The position numbers were made by a program, and so were the translations under genes. From NCBI RefSeq assembly GCF_009914755.1, contig NC_060935.1: a stretch of DNA of 64,000 nt, one strand, 5' to 3'. This document shows, one piece after another, positions 13,718 to 27,630 of the stretch. The stretch comes from the human T2T-CHM13v2.0 reference genome, Homo sapiens. Under the pieces are notes generated by a model. It was given only the letters and a program-made list of their open reading frames with translations. It ran no database searches and was not told where the DNA came from. Numbering within the stretch: position 1 is the stretch's first letter; each line of letters starts with the position of its first letter.

Positions 13718-14353
13718 TATCACATTCTTTTTTTGAAATAATGTTGAAATTACTAATTAGGTTTTAGCCAAGTTCTTTTCTCTTCTTCTGAAATTTTGCT
13801 TTAAATTGCTTTTATCATATCTCTCTTATCAATTCTGGCATTTCAGGATTTTCTTTACTTCCAAGTTGGGAATAGAGGCATCTACTCTATATTGTCACAT
13901 AGGTGGAAATGAAAAGGTCATAGAATGGGCTGGACTTAGGAGACCCGAGACCTATAGCCTAGGAACCTACACAGGGATAACAGAGCCATATGCGGTGGTG
14001 GTGGTTTGGGCTTGGGGTTAGATATATGATGATTTGTTAAGAGGAGGCAGCTGTTAAAGGTGTGTGATCAATTATTGTTTCATTGATTTCTCATTAATGA
14101 GCCTTCACTTTGTTTTTGTTTTGAGACAAAATGAACAGGCACAGAAAAAATAGGTAAGATCTTACATATCCACTTAGTTCATACTGGGGGTCGAATAGGG
14201 CAAGGATATTGCAGACAGTTCAAACTTAGTTGATCAAGGAGGACTAATGGGCAGCCCTTTCTCAAGTTTGAGAGATGAAGAAGGAATTTGTGGGCTTCAT
14301 TCCTTAACTTCCTTCCCCTATTCTATCGGCAGAGACTGACAACTCGGCATATA

Positions 14354-14932
14354 CAAATAGTCTTCACTTAATGTCATTGATAGGTTCTTGGAAGCTGCGA
14401 TTGTAAGTGAAACGATGTAAAAGGAAATCAACTTAACATAGGCTAATTGAAATAAACTAGAGTTAATTTCCTACAGCATATTTCTGGTCACAAAATCATC
14501 ACCCAACCTTCAAAATAAAGACCAAAACACTTCCAATATTAAACAATGAAATAAATGTGAGCTACACTTTTAAGAAAGATTAATACAAACAAGTCAGATA
14601 ATTACCTGCCCAACTGTTCCAGTTCAAGATTGTAGGTGGTGACCTACTGTGAAGCCTGTCCTGGAGGTTCAGGTAAGAACCAGTCCCGAACAGGATGCCA
14701 TCTCATCGCAGAGAACCCTCACACACACCCACACCACTCATACTGGGACAATTCAGACATGCCAATGGGATGCCAGTGGCACGGCTTTGGGATGTGGGAG
14801 GAAACCAATGCAGACATGAAGAGAACACGCAAACTTCACACAGAAAATGGCCATGGCTGGGGAATTGATTTTTTTTTCTCATCGAGGTTATAGCAAAACA
14901 TCATTGAACAGAACAATCTTATATACCTGATG
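14354..14932 (-). mobile_element. MER6A-type TcMar-Tigger element
   Basis: TA-flanked; gataggttcttggaagctgcg, catatttctggtcacaaaa, and the V-SINE-like block tttgggatgtgggaggaaacc...gagaacacgcaaacttcacacag. Confidence 0.8.
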
Positions 14933-14974
14933 TATAAGTGCTTTTGTTTATCCACATTTTTTGCACTAATTTTC

Positions 14975-15945
14975 TCTATTGGATCACTCCCATCAGCAGG
15001 CAAACATTCCAGTTTTCTATTTTAAAATTAACTTCTCTTATGAGTCCACTTTTTCCTTTAGTTATGGAACCAACCCAAATGCCCATCAATGATAGACCGG
15101 ATAAAGAAAATGTGGCACAGATACACCATGGAATACTATGCAGCCGTAAATAGGAATGAGTTCATGTCCTTTGCAGGGACATGGATGAAGCTGGAAACCA
15201 TCATTCTCAGCAAACTAACACAGGAACAGAAAACCAAACACTGCATGTTCTCACTTATAAGTGGGAGTTGAACAGTGAGAACACATGGACACAGGGAGGG
15301 GAATATCACACACCGGGGCCTGTTGCAGGGTGAGGGACAAGGGGAGGGATAGCATCAGGATAAATAGCTAATAATGTGGGGCTTAAAACCTAGATGACGG
15401 GTTGATAGGTGCAGAAACCATCATGGCACCTGTATACCTATGTAACAAACCTGCACATTCTGCATATGTATCCCAGAACTTAAAGTAAAAAAAAATTCCC
15501 AAACTTTTCACAATAATCATCTTGACCTTTCCCTGAATAACCATCATACCACCAATCCAATGTGAATTACATCTTTTCTTAATCTCTCAGTGTCATTTGG
15601 TCCAGTTGATCACTCCATCCTTGAAATGCTTTCGTAACTTAGTTGCTCTTGGTCTACCTTGTCTACCTTCTCCCTCAGCAGCCACTTCTGGATCCAGATT
15701 CAGTCTGTTCCCAAGGAGACCATGGTTGGGGCAATAAAATCTAAGGACTTATGGAAATAAAGAAGAAAATTTAAAGAGCCAGGTTTCTCATGTGCTTTGT
15801 TTTCTTATTTCTCCAAATTAAATATAAGTTCCAGTCATGCAGGGACCTTGGTTTACTTGTTCTTCTCAAGTTACTCCACCCCCTAAGGACTGTGCTCAGC
15901 ACACTCTAGGCATTTGAGAAATATGGTTGAGTTAATGAATGTGCA
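14975..15945 (+). mobile_element. L2 relic fragments (interrupted by an L1 3' end)
   Basis: ggatcactcccatcagc, ctctcagtgtcatttggtccagttgatcactcc, and 3' end gcacactctaggcatttgagaaatatggttgagttaatgaat. Confidence 0.55.
15065..15494 (+). mobile_element. L1PA8-like 3' end, 5'-truncated
   Basis: ORF2 C-terminus (FAGTWMKLETIILSKL), 3' UTR ggggcttaaaacctagatgacgggttgataggtgcag, poly(A). Confidence 0.9.
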
Positions 15946-18034
15946 GCTCTCCCAAGAAATTACTTTCTGTCTTTGACTCAAAAGACCAGAGGAGTTTCTT
16001 CACCAAAAGTCCCTTGGAATCTTTTATCACTCTTCCTTTGGCATATTCATTTGCTGGTCTGGAGATGCTGCTGATCTTGGTTCCTTTTGTCTTTCCGTGA
16101 CTGCTACTGGATTACAATGTAATGCTTTTGGCCAGATGTGCATTTTAAGCAGCCCCAGTAATACATATTTGATGTTGGATTAAGTTGTTCTGACTTGTAG
16201 TCATAGTGGCAGGAGCTTTTCTGCTGTTGCCTGCCTTCTGAATATGAATAAAGTGTCTGCACTTTTATTAACTTATAGCAGAGTTATGTTTAACCACAAG
16301 AGGAAAGGAACACACCAATTATTCTCTTGTGCAACATTAAGGAAGCATGAATAGAAAACAGCTTTGTGGCATGAGTGACCTGAATCCCTGAATCGGTCTC
16401 TGCACACAATGTTTGAAAGAAAGTCATAACTATGTATTCATTAGAGGGACTATAAAATAGCAGAGTGTTAAATTTGTGACCAAAAGTCTTTGTTACCAGT
16501 GATGTGGGGTTTATTATCTATCATAGCTAGTCTTATTAATTGGGAAGCTCTTTGCAGAAAAAGAAATGGATTCCATTTCTAAAACTTGCAATTATGAATT
16601 CCGTTAATGCTTTCAGCCATCCAGATATTTATTTATACATGTCACTCAATGGGGCAATTTGCAATTCTGGGTAGATTTTGTGACTTAAAGCAGAGTGCTT
16701 GTTCTCTACAGTTCAGTAATTCTCCACTTCTCAAAATGGGACAACCACAGGTTTATCCATCTGCTTTTTGTTAAATGAGTCCGAGATGAGGAGACAAATG
16801 CTGTATGCTTTTGATAAGACAGGCATGATTCCATTAAAAATAATCTTTTGAACTCCTATTGAGTGGAAGACACCTGAAATAGAGCTTTTAGGGGAAGGGG
16901 AGGAGGATGAGTAAGGTAATTCTTGCTATCAAAGTTTGGAGTGACCACAATGATGTAGATAGTAAGTTCTTTGGGGGAATTCTTGAACTGATTTCATGAA
17001 GTAAGATTTGTGAACCGATGGCATAGGTCTGGAGTAGACTCTAAGGCCTTCCCCGCCGTACCACTCTCTCAGGGTCTGGTTTTGTGGATGGCCCACTCAC
17101 TGTGCAAAGCTGCATCTGCTGCAGCAGTTCTGGTGCCACATAACATAACCCAAGGACAACCCAAGGGATTGTGTCCTCAGCCCTTTCTGTTCTACTGACT
17201 AATCTTTAGCATATTGTAGACCTTTTAACAAAAATTGCTATTCATAACATATGTTTAGTTTATAAATTTCTTTAATAGAACATTTTAACATTGTTTGAAT
17301 GGCCACAGGGTCTCATATTACATACTTTTGTTTCATTTCATTTTTCCTTTTATTTTCCCCCGAAAAGGAACAGAACATTGAAGTCTACTTAGAGCCAAAG
17401 ATTTGGTCCTGGGCATTGTGGTTGCAGATACTACCTTTATCAAATGGCTCCCTGACATTGGCCTCCCACTTTTAGACTTGTATGAAATAACAAACTCTCC
17501 AAATTATTTGAAAATAGCCACAATTTCTTTTACAGACATTTATTGGCAATTGGGCTCTCTCCGTGAAAAGGGAATATTGAGAAATGAACTTCAATGCTTC
17601 ATTTTATTGTTTACTTCAAGGTAAATAACTCCATTTGGAAATTACAATGGTACAAATATAGTGAAGTTAAGCTATGGGTCTTACTCTGACCAGGGTTATG
17701 TTGACAAAAAATTATGCTTTTAAAAGCATTGCTGTTGAAAAGAAGGCCATAGTAGCAGAGGAGTCTGCTTTTATATAAAGAAGAGAACATTAGATTTGCA
17801 GTCAGATGACCTAACATCTTTGTTCGGGACCTTCAATTAGTAACTTATTTTTTCCAAGTTTCATTTTCCAGTGTACAGGATTGGTGCGAAATAAAATTTA
17901 AAAAGTATTTGAACATATTCTGTGAAGTTCTATGCCAGTATGGAGTTATACATGGGCTATCTTAATTGGTTTAAATATATCTCTCTAATATATGGCTTCA
18001 AAAACTTCAGCCAACTGAGATTGATTTCATATGA

Positions 18035-18235
18035 TTTTTTAAACATATAATTTTATTGAGGTGTAGTTAACATACAGTAAACCATACATATTTGCTGTAA
18101 AGTATACAATTTGCTAACTTTTGAGACATAGACACATCCATTAAATCATTGCACCATCACTACACATCCGTTATCCCCAAAGTTTCCCATGCCCATTTAT
18201 AGCAGGGATCTCCTTTTTAGCACCTCCCTCATATT
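18035..18235 (-). mobile_element. L1M (L1MB-type) 3' end
   Basis: aattttattgaggtgtagttaacatacagtaaa...aagtatacaattt...ccccaaagtttcccatgccc. Confidence 0.65.
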
Positions 18236-18633
18236 CTTAGATTTGGAAAGTTTGTATTGTATGCTGGTTCCAGCACCTTTGATTTTCTAAATTATGTTAC
18301 TTTGTCCTGTGTTTTTTAATTTGCCACAGATCAAATAATGACACTGTTATTCATAATGTCATAATAATTTGTCTCTCTCTGCCATAGAAGTTCCAGACAA
18401 TGAGTTTTATCCTTTTCAGTGTTGACAGGGGTCCTATGGTAATTATGCAGGTGACTTCTCTCAAAGGACATTTAATAGAAAACGGGATGATGCTGAGCAT
18501 GTGAAGATAGAATTGACAGAGACCTTAGTACATCCTCTCATGTTTTACTCTCTAGATGTAAAGATGCTTCTTTATGTTAGAAGCAAAGAATGATGGTTGA
18601 TTATAATTTCTAAAATCACCCTGCTAATTTTAA

Positions 18634-18981
<348 letters not shown>

Positions 18982-19104
18982 TTATCTTTAAAAAAATGTC
19001 AATTTGAGCATTATGAAGGGAAATACAAATTCAGCAATAAGATCATATTTATTAAGTTATGAACCCTAATGTTTTATGGGAGTTTCCTTAATTCATAGGC
19101 TACT

Positions 19105-19330
19105 TATGTTAGAGTAGTCAAAAACCTGGGCTTTGGAATCGCATAGATCTGAGTCTTACTAGTGCTAGTGCAAGCCTGGGCCAGTGACTTAATTTTTGTG
19201 AGCCTTGATCTGTTCACCTGTAAGATGAGGATACTAACAGCACCTATGTCATAGAACTGTTGCAAAAATTAAATTGGTTGATGTGTGCAGGCCTAGCTCA
19301 GGACGCAGAGCAATCATTTCATACATGTTA
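19105..19330 (+). mobile_element. MIR
   Basis: gggctttggaatc...gtgacttaatttttgtgagcct...ctgtaagatgaggatactaacagcacct. Confidence 0.7.
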
Positions 19331-20147
19331 TGAAGATGAAGATGATTATCTCACTGTAAAATGTATATCAGCATACAGCAAATATATACGAGATTTTAGT
19401 CTAAAGGACTTTCATTAATTAATCAAATATTTATTGGTACCTACTATGTCCCAGTTCCTTTCTAGTCATGGATGACTAAAAGCACTCAGATTCTTTCATC
19501 TCAGGGCTATGCTCTGGTGCTACAAAGGCCTCAGAATTTGTCCTCGTTCCCTATAAGACCATAAGTGGTTTCCCATGGGGAACTTTTTGGGCAGTGTATA
19601 GATAGCTCAGAGGAAACTGAGAGTCTTCATGCTTTAGCCTGAATTTGTTTTATCTATCATCCCTTTCCCTGTGTAGTCTATGTATTATTTATTCCAAATA
19701 GGAATTTCATCAATACCAATCACATTTAGAGGCAATTTTCACACCTAAGCTGGGCCATTCTGTATGAATGAAGGAATGCAATTAAAAGTCCAGAGCCAAA
19801 ACTCACCTAAAATAGCTGTTGAAGTAGTGTAAAGTGTTGTAAATCTTTCAAGCCCCTGCTCCTGGATGGTTTGGGGGACACAGGGAGGAAGAACCAACTG
19901 AGCACTTGATCTGATCTTTGGAGAGAAGACAATTATTGCTTATGGTTAAAAGAGATGATATGAGTGTGAAAAGGGACCCCAAAAACCACACCCACACATT
20001 GGATGGACAATTTTAGTCTTATCCTACATCTTCAAGGTCAGGCTGCCCCAGAGCCTGGGTTTTTGGAGGACATTTGTGGCTCATGTGTACTGAACCCCAA
20101 GCAATTGAATAATAATGATCTCACAACCCCCAAGCAAGGCACTTAAA

Positions 20148-20312
20148 AATTATTATTTACTTATTTTTAGAGAAAAGGTTTTGTTCTGCTGTCCAGGCTG
20201 GAGTGCAATGGTGCGATCATAGCTCACTGATCAAACTCCTGGGCTCAAGTAGTACTCTTTGCTCAGCCTCCCAAGCAGCTGGGACTACAAGTGCATGCCA
20301 CCATGCCCTGCT
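20148..20312 (-). mobile_element. FRAM/AluJ right monomer
   Basis: ccaggctggagtgcaatggtgcgatcatagctcactg...aactcctgggctcaag...gggactacaagtgcatgccaccatgcc. Confidence 0.85.
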
Positions 20313-20499
20313 ATAAGTTTTTAGTCCTGAGGTAGCAGCTCTTAAGCTTAGCTGCTGCAGATTAGAAAGCTGAAAATAACCAGAGAGGAAGAGTGTTTGA
20401 GTCTAGACTGTGTTTTCTTCTCAGCCTCTAGTTAGAGATGTCTTTCCTTCCCTTTCCTCATTCCCTGCTAAGCAGGAGACTTTCAGTGGGATTCAGAGA

Positions 20500-20870
20500 T
20501 TCATTCAGCTAAAATAACTGACAAGTATTTACTGGCCACCTAACAGAGTTTGGGCTCCAGAGATACAGTCATAGGAAAAAACAGAGCTGGCAATGTAGAG
20601 TGAGGAGACATCTGTGAAACTACAGATCTAAGTTTCAGATTATATCAATGCTTTAAAAGAAAGGCAGACGTCTTCAAAGAACACACAATAAAGGAAGCTA
20701 AACTTAGCCAAGGATCAGAGGAGGCTTCCAGGAGGAAATGACATGTGAACTGATATATAAAGAATAAATAATAATAGCTGACATTTATTCAGGTTTACTA
20801 TGTGTCCAATATCATTCTAAGTGGTTTATAGGTATTGCCATGTAATCCTCACACAGCATCTTGAGGTGAT
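20500..20870 (-). mobile_element. L2 3' fragment (20500-20770) followed by a MIR fragment (20770-20870)
   Basis: ggatcagaggaggcttccaggaggaaatgacatgtgaactga (L2); ataatagctgacatttatt...taatcctcacacagc (MIR). Confidence 0.6.
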
Positions 20871-22984
20871 ACACATATGTACATCATGTGTGCATGGGTA
20901 TGTGTATGTATATACGTTTACATGTGTGTGTGTATAAATGAATAGATAGATGACCTCTCCAAACCCCCAGGTCTGGTCCTCGACTCTGAAGGTGTAGCCA
21001 ATCAACTATGTCCATGCTCTGAGCTGGGTGGGTCCCATCCCTCAGGGAAAATCTGGTAGTTCTAGTTAGGAGTTCCACGTTTTGTACTTTCTGTGCTGTG
21101 AGTCTTTGCGCAATTGGAATTAGAAACAGAGATGATAAGAGTAACAGTGGAAAACAGAAATTACCTTTTCAGCTCTGTTTATTTCAGGCTAGAAGCAACC
21201 AGAGACTCTTTACAATTTGAGTATTAAGAATCTCAGCAAACAGCCACATTAATGTAAGAAATAGACAAAAAAAACTTGAATCAAGACCTAAAACCAGTAT
21301 GGCAAAGAGATTCTGGAATAATACCAGGATGAAGACATTACCAAGACATTCCTAGCTAAGGCAACTCCCAGTACTCAAGTGAGGGGAAACTGGTGGTTAA
21401 AACTAGGCCTAGACCCTGGTGCTAATTTTCTACCCAAACCTTTAACTTGACATATAGACAGATGTATGACCTAGTGACGTTTAGTAAATGGCCTCAAGTT
21501 TATTTTTTAGATGGGATTAATTCCTCTCAATCAATCTTTTCAGCAGCGTGAGTGAGGCCTGAGAGGCACACACAGTCATTAGGACTGTGACCACCCCACC
21601 AGATGCTCCAGCAGGCAGCCTGGAAGATACCACCCGTCATGCGCTCACATGTGTCCTTTTCAGCACGAGTAGCACAGTACTGAGCACTAAGCATTTGGTG
21701 GTTCTTTATATTTAGACCACCAAATCATGGGAAATGACTGTAACACGGAAAGAGCCTTTCTAATGGCATTGCACCATACAAATGTTCAGTGTGATTATTA
21801 TAATCTCCACCAACAGAGTTGCTGTGTAATGCTGAAATGATTGTAGAACATTCCTATAGAAAAACCCTCTTACCTCGGAGCCTCTTTTCACCCCTCCTCC
21901 ATCCCTGGCAGGCTATTTATGTGGTAATGTTATCTTTTGAAACTCTAATGCGCAGCAGTCCAGGTCGATCAAGCCACCTTTTAGCTTTTGCCGATTTGCT
22001 TTGAAGTTGACACCAAGGTCAGATGTTGTTGTTATTGCACAGACTCAACACCAGGGGGTGATCACAGCACATCACACTAATTACCACTGCCAGACAAAGC
22101 TGAGTGCTAATCTCAGGCAGTGCACCCAGAGCAAGAAGCACGGAAGGAGCTGGGCTCACAGAAACTCTGGTCAGTAGAAGGCACAACATGCAAAGAGGCT
22201 TTTTAGTGGCACCACATGGTACAAACGTTCACTACGATTATTATAACCTCAGTGGAGCTGCTGTTTAATGCAAAAGGAGAGAACATGCCATCTCATGACT
22301 AAACAATTGCATAGGAAGCAGAATGCAGACAGTTGTCCTGCCTGTTGCCCCACAGTGCTGGGTGATTTAAAGGTGCCATTGAAACCCGATGGATGTTCCT
22401 GTCTTGGTAGCATGCAGCCTCACACACCAACTCTGTGCTCAACTAATGTATAAATCCCTACAGCTCCTCAAGTGCCAAGAATTCTTCAGGCCAGTGGTAT
22501 TTGTAACTATTGTGACTCTCCAATTCTTGGAAATACTCTCATGGCAAAGCACCTCTTAAAAGAAATGTGAGAGGAGGAAATTCAGTTCAATTCTCCAGAA
22601 ACTGCTCAGTGGCTGCATGAAGCACTGTTTGTGATTGCTTTTTAATGTTCAAGATGCAAGTGGCTGCTCCTTTGGGGCTGTATTTTTCCATTAGAAAACA
22701 CTAATCTCCCTCCTCCTACTCCTCTGAGAGTCTAAAACAAATGTGTTTTAGCTCGTTTTCTGTTTCTCCTTCATCTGCAAACCATTGAGAACGTCACATG
22801 TTCTAGGATCCTATGATAGTGTTAGAGGCAAAGATATATGGCTCAATATTTTCAGTGAAAGTTCATGAAAGTTGATTTCTTTTTATATTAGGTTAAAGAA
22901 GCCCTAAATAAAGCATACATATGTCTCGAAAAGCACTTCATTAAGGGGGCTACTGGGATGGAAATGAACCATACATTCCTTTTT

Positions 22985-23125
22985 TTTTCTTTTTTATTTA
23001 AACTTTTTGTTCAATTTTGATACATATTGAAATGTGTACAAATCATGAGTGTACATCTCTGAAATTTCATAAAGTGAACACACCCATATAACCACCACCT
23101 ACATTAAGAAACAGACCAGCACCCC
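22985..23125 (-). mobile_element. L1M 3' end fragment
   Basis: tacatattgaaatgtgtacaaatcatgagtgtaca...aaagtgaacacacccatataaccaccacc. Confidence 0.6.
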
Positions 23126-23239
23126 AGCAGTCTTGGGCTGCAGTGTAAATTTACAATTCACTTATTATTTATGGGAAAATGTTGCATTCTTCAGTCTATA
23201 TCATACTATGATTTGAACACATTTCCTTAGTACAGTCAT

Positions 23240-23428
23240 ATGTTATTTCTAGAGGTGTGGGACTGTGAACAAGAGTATCAGCATCACTGGAGACTCCATC
23301 AAAACTGTGAATTCTCGGATCTCACCCCTAACCTACTGAATCACAAATTCTGGTGGCAGGGCTCAGCTATTGGTGTTTTCACAAGGCTTTCTGGTGACTC
23401 AGATATACACTAGAGCTTTAGAAACTTT
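23240..23428. mobile_element. MER5A (hAT-Charlie MITE)
   Basis: atcagcatcactgggag...gaattctcggatctcacccctaacctactgaatcacaaattctg...ttttcacaagg...tttagaaac. Confidence 0.75.
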
Positions 23429-24014
23429 TTTCTTAGTGTCCACTGTTTAGCCTCAAAATTGCAACTGTGTTCTATGTTTCCTGGGTTGTAACATGTTACA
23501 TTAGAATAGCGGTGATAAGACCTAATTGCTTATTTCCTTTATCCCTAACCTTTAAAATATACGTATCAGCTGTATTGAGGTATGATTCACATACAACAAA
23601 AGACCATTTTTAACGTGAAATTCAATGGGTTGTGACAAATGTTTACCATTGCTTCCCTTTCTACCCATTTCCATCTCATAGTCTCCCCAAACTTTATCAA
23701 AATTGTTGGCCTACTTATGTCTCTTCTATAACCTGCGAGCAGAATTCTCGAGGACAAAACTGCTCTATTCATCATTGAGTTCCTATCCCTTGAATGGACA
23801 CAAATAAGAGGCTTCACAAATATTTGCTGAACCAATGAGTGAATAAAACTATGTACATAAAAATAACCCATCAAGAAGACTAGCTGGGTTGTAGGATGTG
23901 GGAAATAGGTGAGTCTACAAATCCTGCATAAATTTGAGGTCTGAAGTGGAGATAATTAGACGAGTGGTGTAATAACATGCTGACAGCAGTGGATTTTCCT
24001 CTCGGACCACCTGC

Positions 24015-24485
24015 ATGTGTGGCAGACACGTTCGCTGCCCTGTCTGCATTCCCTCAGTCCATCCTGGAGGTCACCTCTGGTCAGTTCCCTTTCAGGCTGA
24101 AATGTTTCCTGTGTCTTTCTGCTTCAGGGAATTTGATGGACATCTAGTGTCTTAGTCCACAAGTGGGACAGGTCAGAAGCGTGGAAAAGTTAAAACTACA
24201 GAAGGAATTCCTGACCAACGAGGGTCGTTTTTGGTGGATAACTGCCTCGCTTCCTCGTCCATGTGGGGGACAGTTCTGAGGTGTGCTCCACACACTTTCT
24301 CAGCAGTTCCTACTGGGTTGCAGCCCCAGTTACTTACACATTAAATCCCCTTCTTTGGCTTTCCTTCCTTCCCAGCCTCTCCTCTCTGCTTCTTCATAGT
24401 ACTGCCTGGGTTCTCCTCCTCAAAAACCTGCTTGTACTCAAATCTTTGATGCAGGGTCTGCTTTTGAGAGAACCTAAACTAAGGA
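24015..24485 (+). mobile_element. ERVL solo LTR (LTR16 family)
   Basis: gggggacagttctgaggtgtgctcc...aaaacctgcttgtactcaaatct...agggtctgcttttgagagaacctaaactaag, an LTR16-type end. Confidence 0.75.
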
Positions 24486-24514
24486 TCTGCTTTTGAGAGA
24501 ATCTAAACCCAAAC

Positions 24515-24690
24515 CCTTAAATTTGCCTCTTTCTCACTTTGTGACCTTGAGTAATTTAGTTCCATTTCTGGCATTGTCTATTTGTTCATTTATAAGATAG
24601 GGATAATATTACTTATGTTTTAGGATTGTTGTATAAAATCCTATTCAGTACCTGTAATGTTATAGGTATTTAGGAGTTAACAACTATTTT
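24515..24690 (+). mobile_element. MIR
   Basis: tgtgaccttgagtaattta...tataagatagggataatattactt...taggattgttg. Confidence 0.6.
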
Positions 24691-25148
24691 AGCTATCATA
24701 CACATCTGACTTCCCTAACTAAGATTTTCCAAAAGAGATGACCCCACGGAGTTAACCCTATAACAGTGCAATTCTTAAAGCATTAGAGGGTTACATGGAT
24801 GAAAGAACGTCTGAGAGCCAGCTCCTCCACTTTCTCTGATAGTACTCTGGGCTCTGCATGCTCTGAAATTCCTGTTTCCCTTCTGGGAAAATCTGGAATT
24901 TCACAGAGACAGAGAAAGTCTTTCACTGTCTTACATGGGCTCTCAGGGAATTAGTTCAACAAATACTTACTGAATGCCATTATAGGGGAAGTGCTGTTTT
25001 AAGTAGTAAGAAACAGCAGTGCATAAATCAAGTCCCTGCTTTCAAGGAGCTTATATTCCAGGGGTGAGAATTTGGATCATTAAGAAATAATGAAACAAAT
25101 ATATGATAACGAGAAAAAACCCAGGAAATGCAGAATAAAGAGGATAGT

Positions 25149-27630
25149 TATGAAGCAAGTATCATTCTAATACCCAAACTAGGAAAGGACATAACCAAAA
25201 GAGAAAACTACAGACCAAAATCCCTGATGAGCATAGATGCAAAAATCCTCAACAAAATACTAGCTAACTGAATCCAACGGCATCTCAAAAAGATAATCCA
25301 CCATGATCAAGTGGGTTTCATACCAGGCATGCAGGGATGGTTTAACATATGCAAGTCAATAAATGTGATACACCACATAAACAGATTTGAAAACAAAAAT
25401 CACACAATCATCTCAATAGATGCAGAAAAAGAATTGGCAAAATCCAAATCTCTTTATGAGTAAAACCCTCAGTAAAATCAACATAGAAGGGACACACCTT
25501 AAGATAATAAAAGCCATCTATGACAAACTCACATTATACTGAATGGGGAAAAGTTGAAAGCATTCCCCCTGAGAACTGGAACAATATAAGGAGGCCCACT
25601 TTTACCACTTCTGTTCAATATAGTACTGGAAGTCCTAGCCAGAGCAATCACACAAGAGAAAGAGGGCATCCAAATCGGTAAAGAGGAAGTCAAACTGTCA
25701 CTCTTTGCTGATCACATTATCTTATACCTAGAGAACCCTAAAGACTTATCCAAAAAGCTCCTAGAACTGATAAATGAATACAGCAATAAGTTTCAGGATA
25801 TAAAATCAATGTACACAAATCAGTAGCACTGCCATACGCCAACCCATTTTACAATAGTTGCAAAAAAAATAATAAAATACTTAGGATTATACCTAACCAA
25901 AGAGGTGAAAGACCCCTAGAAGGAAAACTACAGAACACTGCTGTAGAAATTATAGATGACACAAACAGATGGAAACACATCCCATGCTCATGGATGGGTA
26001 GAATCAATATTGTGAAAATGATCACACTGCCAAAGTCAATCTACAAATTCAATACAATTCCCATCAAAATACTACCATAATTAGTCACAGAACTAGAAAA
26101 AACAATTCTAAAATTCATATGAAGCCAAAAAAACACCTGCATAGCAAAAGCAAGACTAAGCAAAAAGAACAAATCTGGAGGGATCACATTACCTGATTTC
26201 AAACTATACTATAAGGACATAGTCACCAAAACAGCATGGTACTGACAAAAAAATAGGGACATAGACCAGTGGAATGGCATAGAGAATCTAGAAATAAAGC
26301 CAAATAATTACAGCCAACTGATATTCAACAAAGCAAACAAAAAATATGTAGTCGGGAAAGGACACCCTATTGGACAAATGGTGCTGAGATAATTGGCAAG
26401 CAACATGTAGGAGAATGAAACTGGATCTTCATCTCTCACCTGATACAAAAATCAACTCAAGATGGTTCAAGGACTTAAATCCCAGACCTGAAACCATAAA
26501 AGACATAGAAGATAACATCAGAAAAAACCTCCTAGACATTGGCTTAGGCAAAGAATTCATGATGAAGAACCCAAAAACAAACACAACAAAAACGAAGATA
26601 AAAAAATGAGACAATTAAACTAAAAGGCTTCTGCACAGCAAAAGAAACAATTAGCAGAGTGAATGGATAACCCATGGAGTGGGAGAAAATCTATACATCT
26701 GACAAAGGACTAATATCTAGAATCTACAAGGAGCTCAAACAAATTAGCAAGAGAAAAACAATCACATCAAAAGAGTGGGCTAAGGACATGAATAGACAAT
26801 TCTCAAAAGAAGATACACAAATGGCCAACAAACATACAAAAAAATGCACAATGTCACTAATTATCAGGGAAATGCAAATCAAAACCACAATGCGATACCA
26901 CCTTACTCCTGCAAGATTGGCCATAATAAAAAAGTCAAAAGATAATAGATGTTGGCATGGATGCAGTGAAAAGGGAACACTTTTACACTGCTGGTGGAAA
27001 TTTAAATGAATACAATCACTATGGAAAACAGTATGGAGATACTTACAGAACTAAAAGTAAAACTACCATTCAATCCAGCAATCCTACTACTGAGTATCTA
27101 CCAAGAAGAAAAGAAGTCATTATATGAAAAAGACACTTGCACACATGTGTTCATAGCAGCACAATTCACGATTGCAAAAATATGGAACCATCTCAAATGC
27201 CCATTAATTAGTGAGTGGAAATAGAAAATATGTGTGTGTGTATGTGTGTAAATATATATATATGGAATACTACCCAGTCATAAAAAGGAACAAAATAATG
27301 GCATATGCAGCAACCTGGATGGAACAGGAGACCATTATTCTAAGTGAAGTAACTAGGGAATGGAAAACCAAACATCATATGTACTCGCTTATAAGTGGGA
27401 GCTAAGCTATGAGGATGCAAAGGCATAAGAATGATACAATGGACTCTTGGGAGAGGAGTGATAAAAGACTAAACATTGGGTACAGTGTGCACTGCTCAGG
27501 TGACAGTAGCACCAAAATCTCAGATATCACCACTAAACAACTTATCCATGTAACCAAAAATCATCTGTTTCCGCAAAACCTATTGAAATAAAAGTAAAAT
27601 AAAATAAGCAATAATGATAACAATAAAAAT
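25149..27630 (+). mobile_element. L1PB1-type, 5'-truncated (RT region to poly(A)); dead
   Basis: RT-region DNA with many stops, FADD degraded to FADH (~25704); L1PB 3' UTR gctaagctatgaggatgcaaaggcataagaatgatacaatggac. Confidence 0.92.

Noticed and set aside
25149-27630. L1 reverse transcriptase as a functional CDS
   Set aside because: 5'-truncated, with multiple stops and frameshifts and a degenerate catalytic motif.
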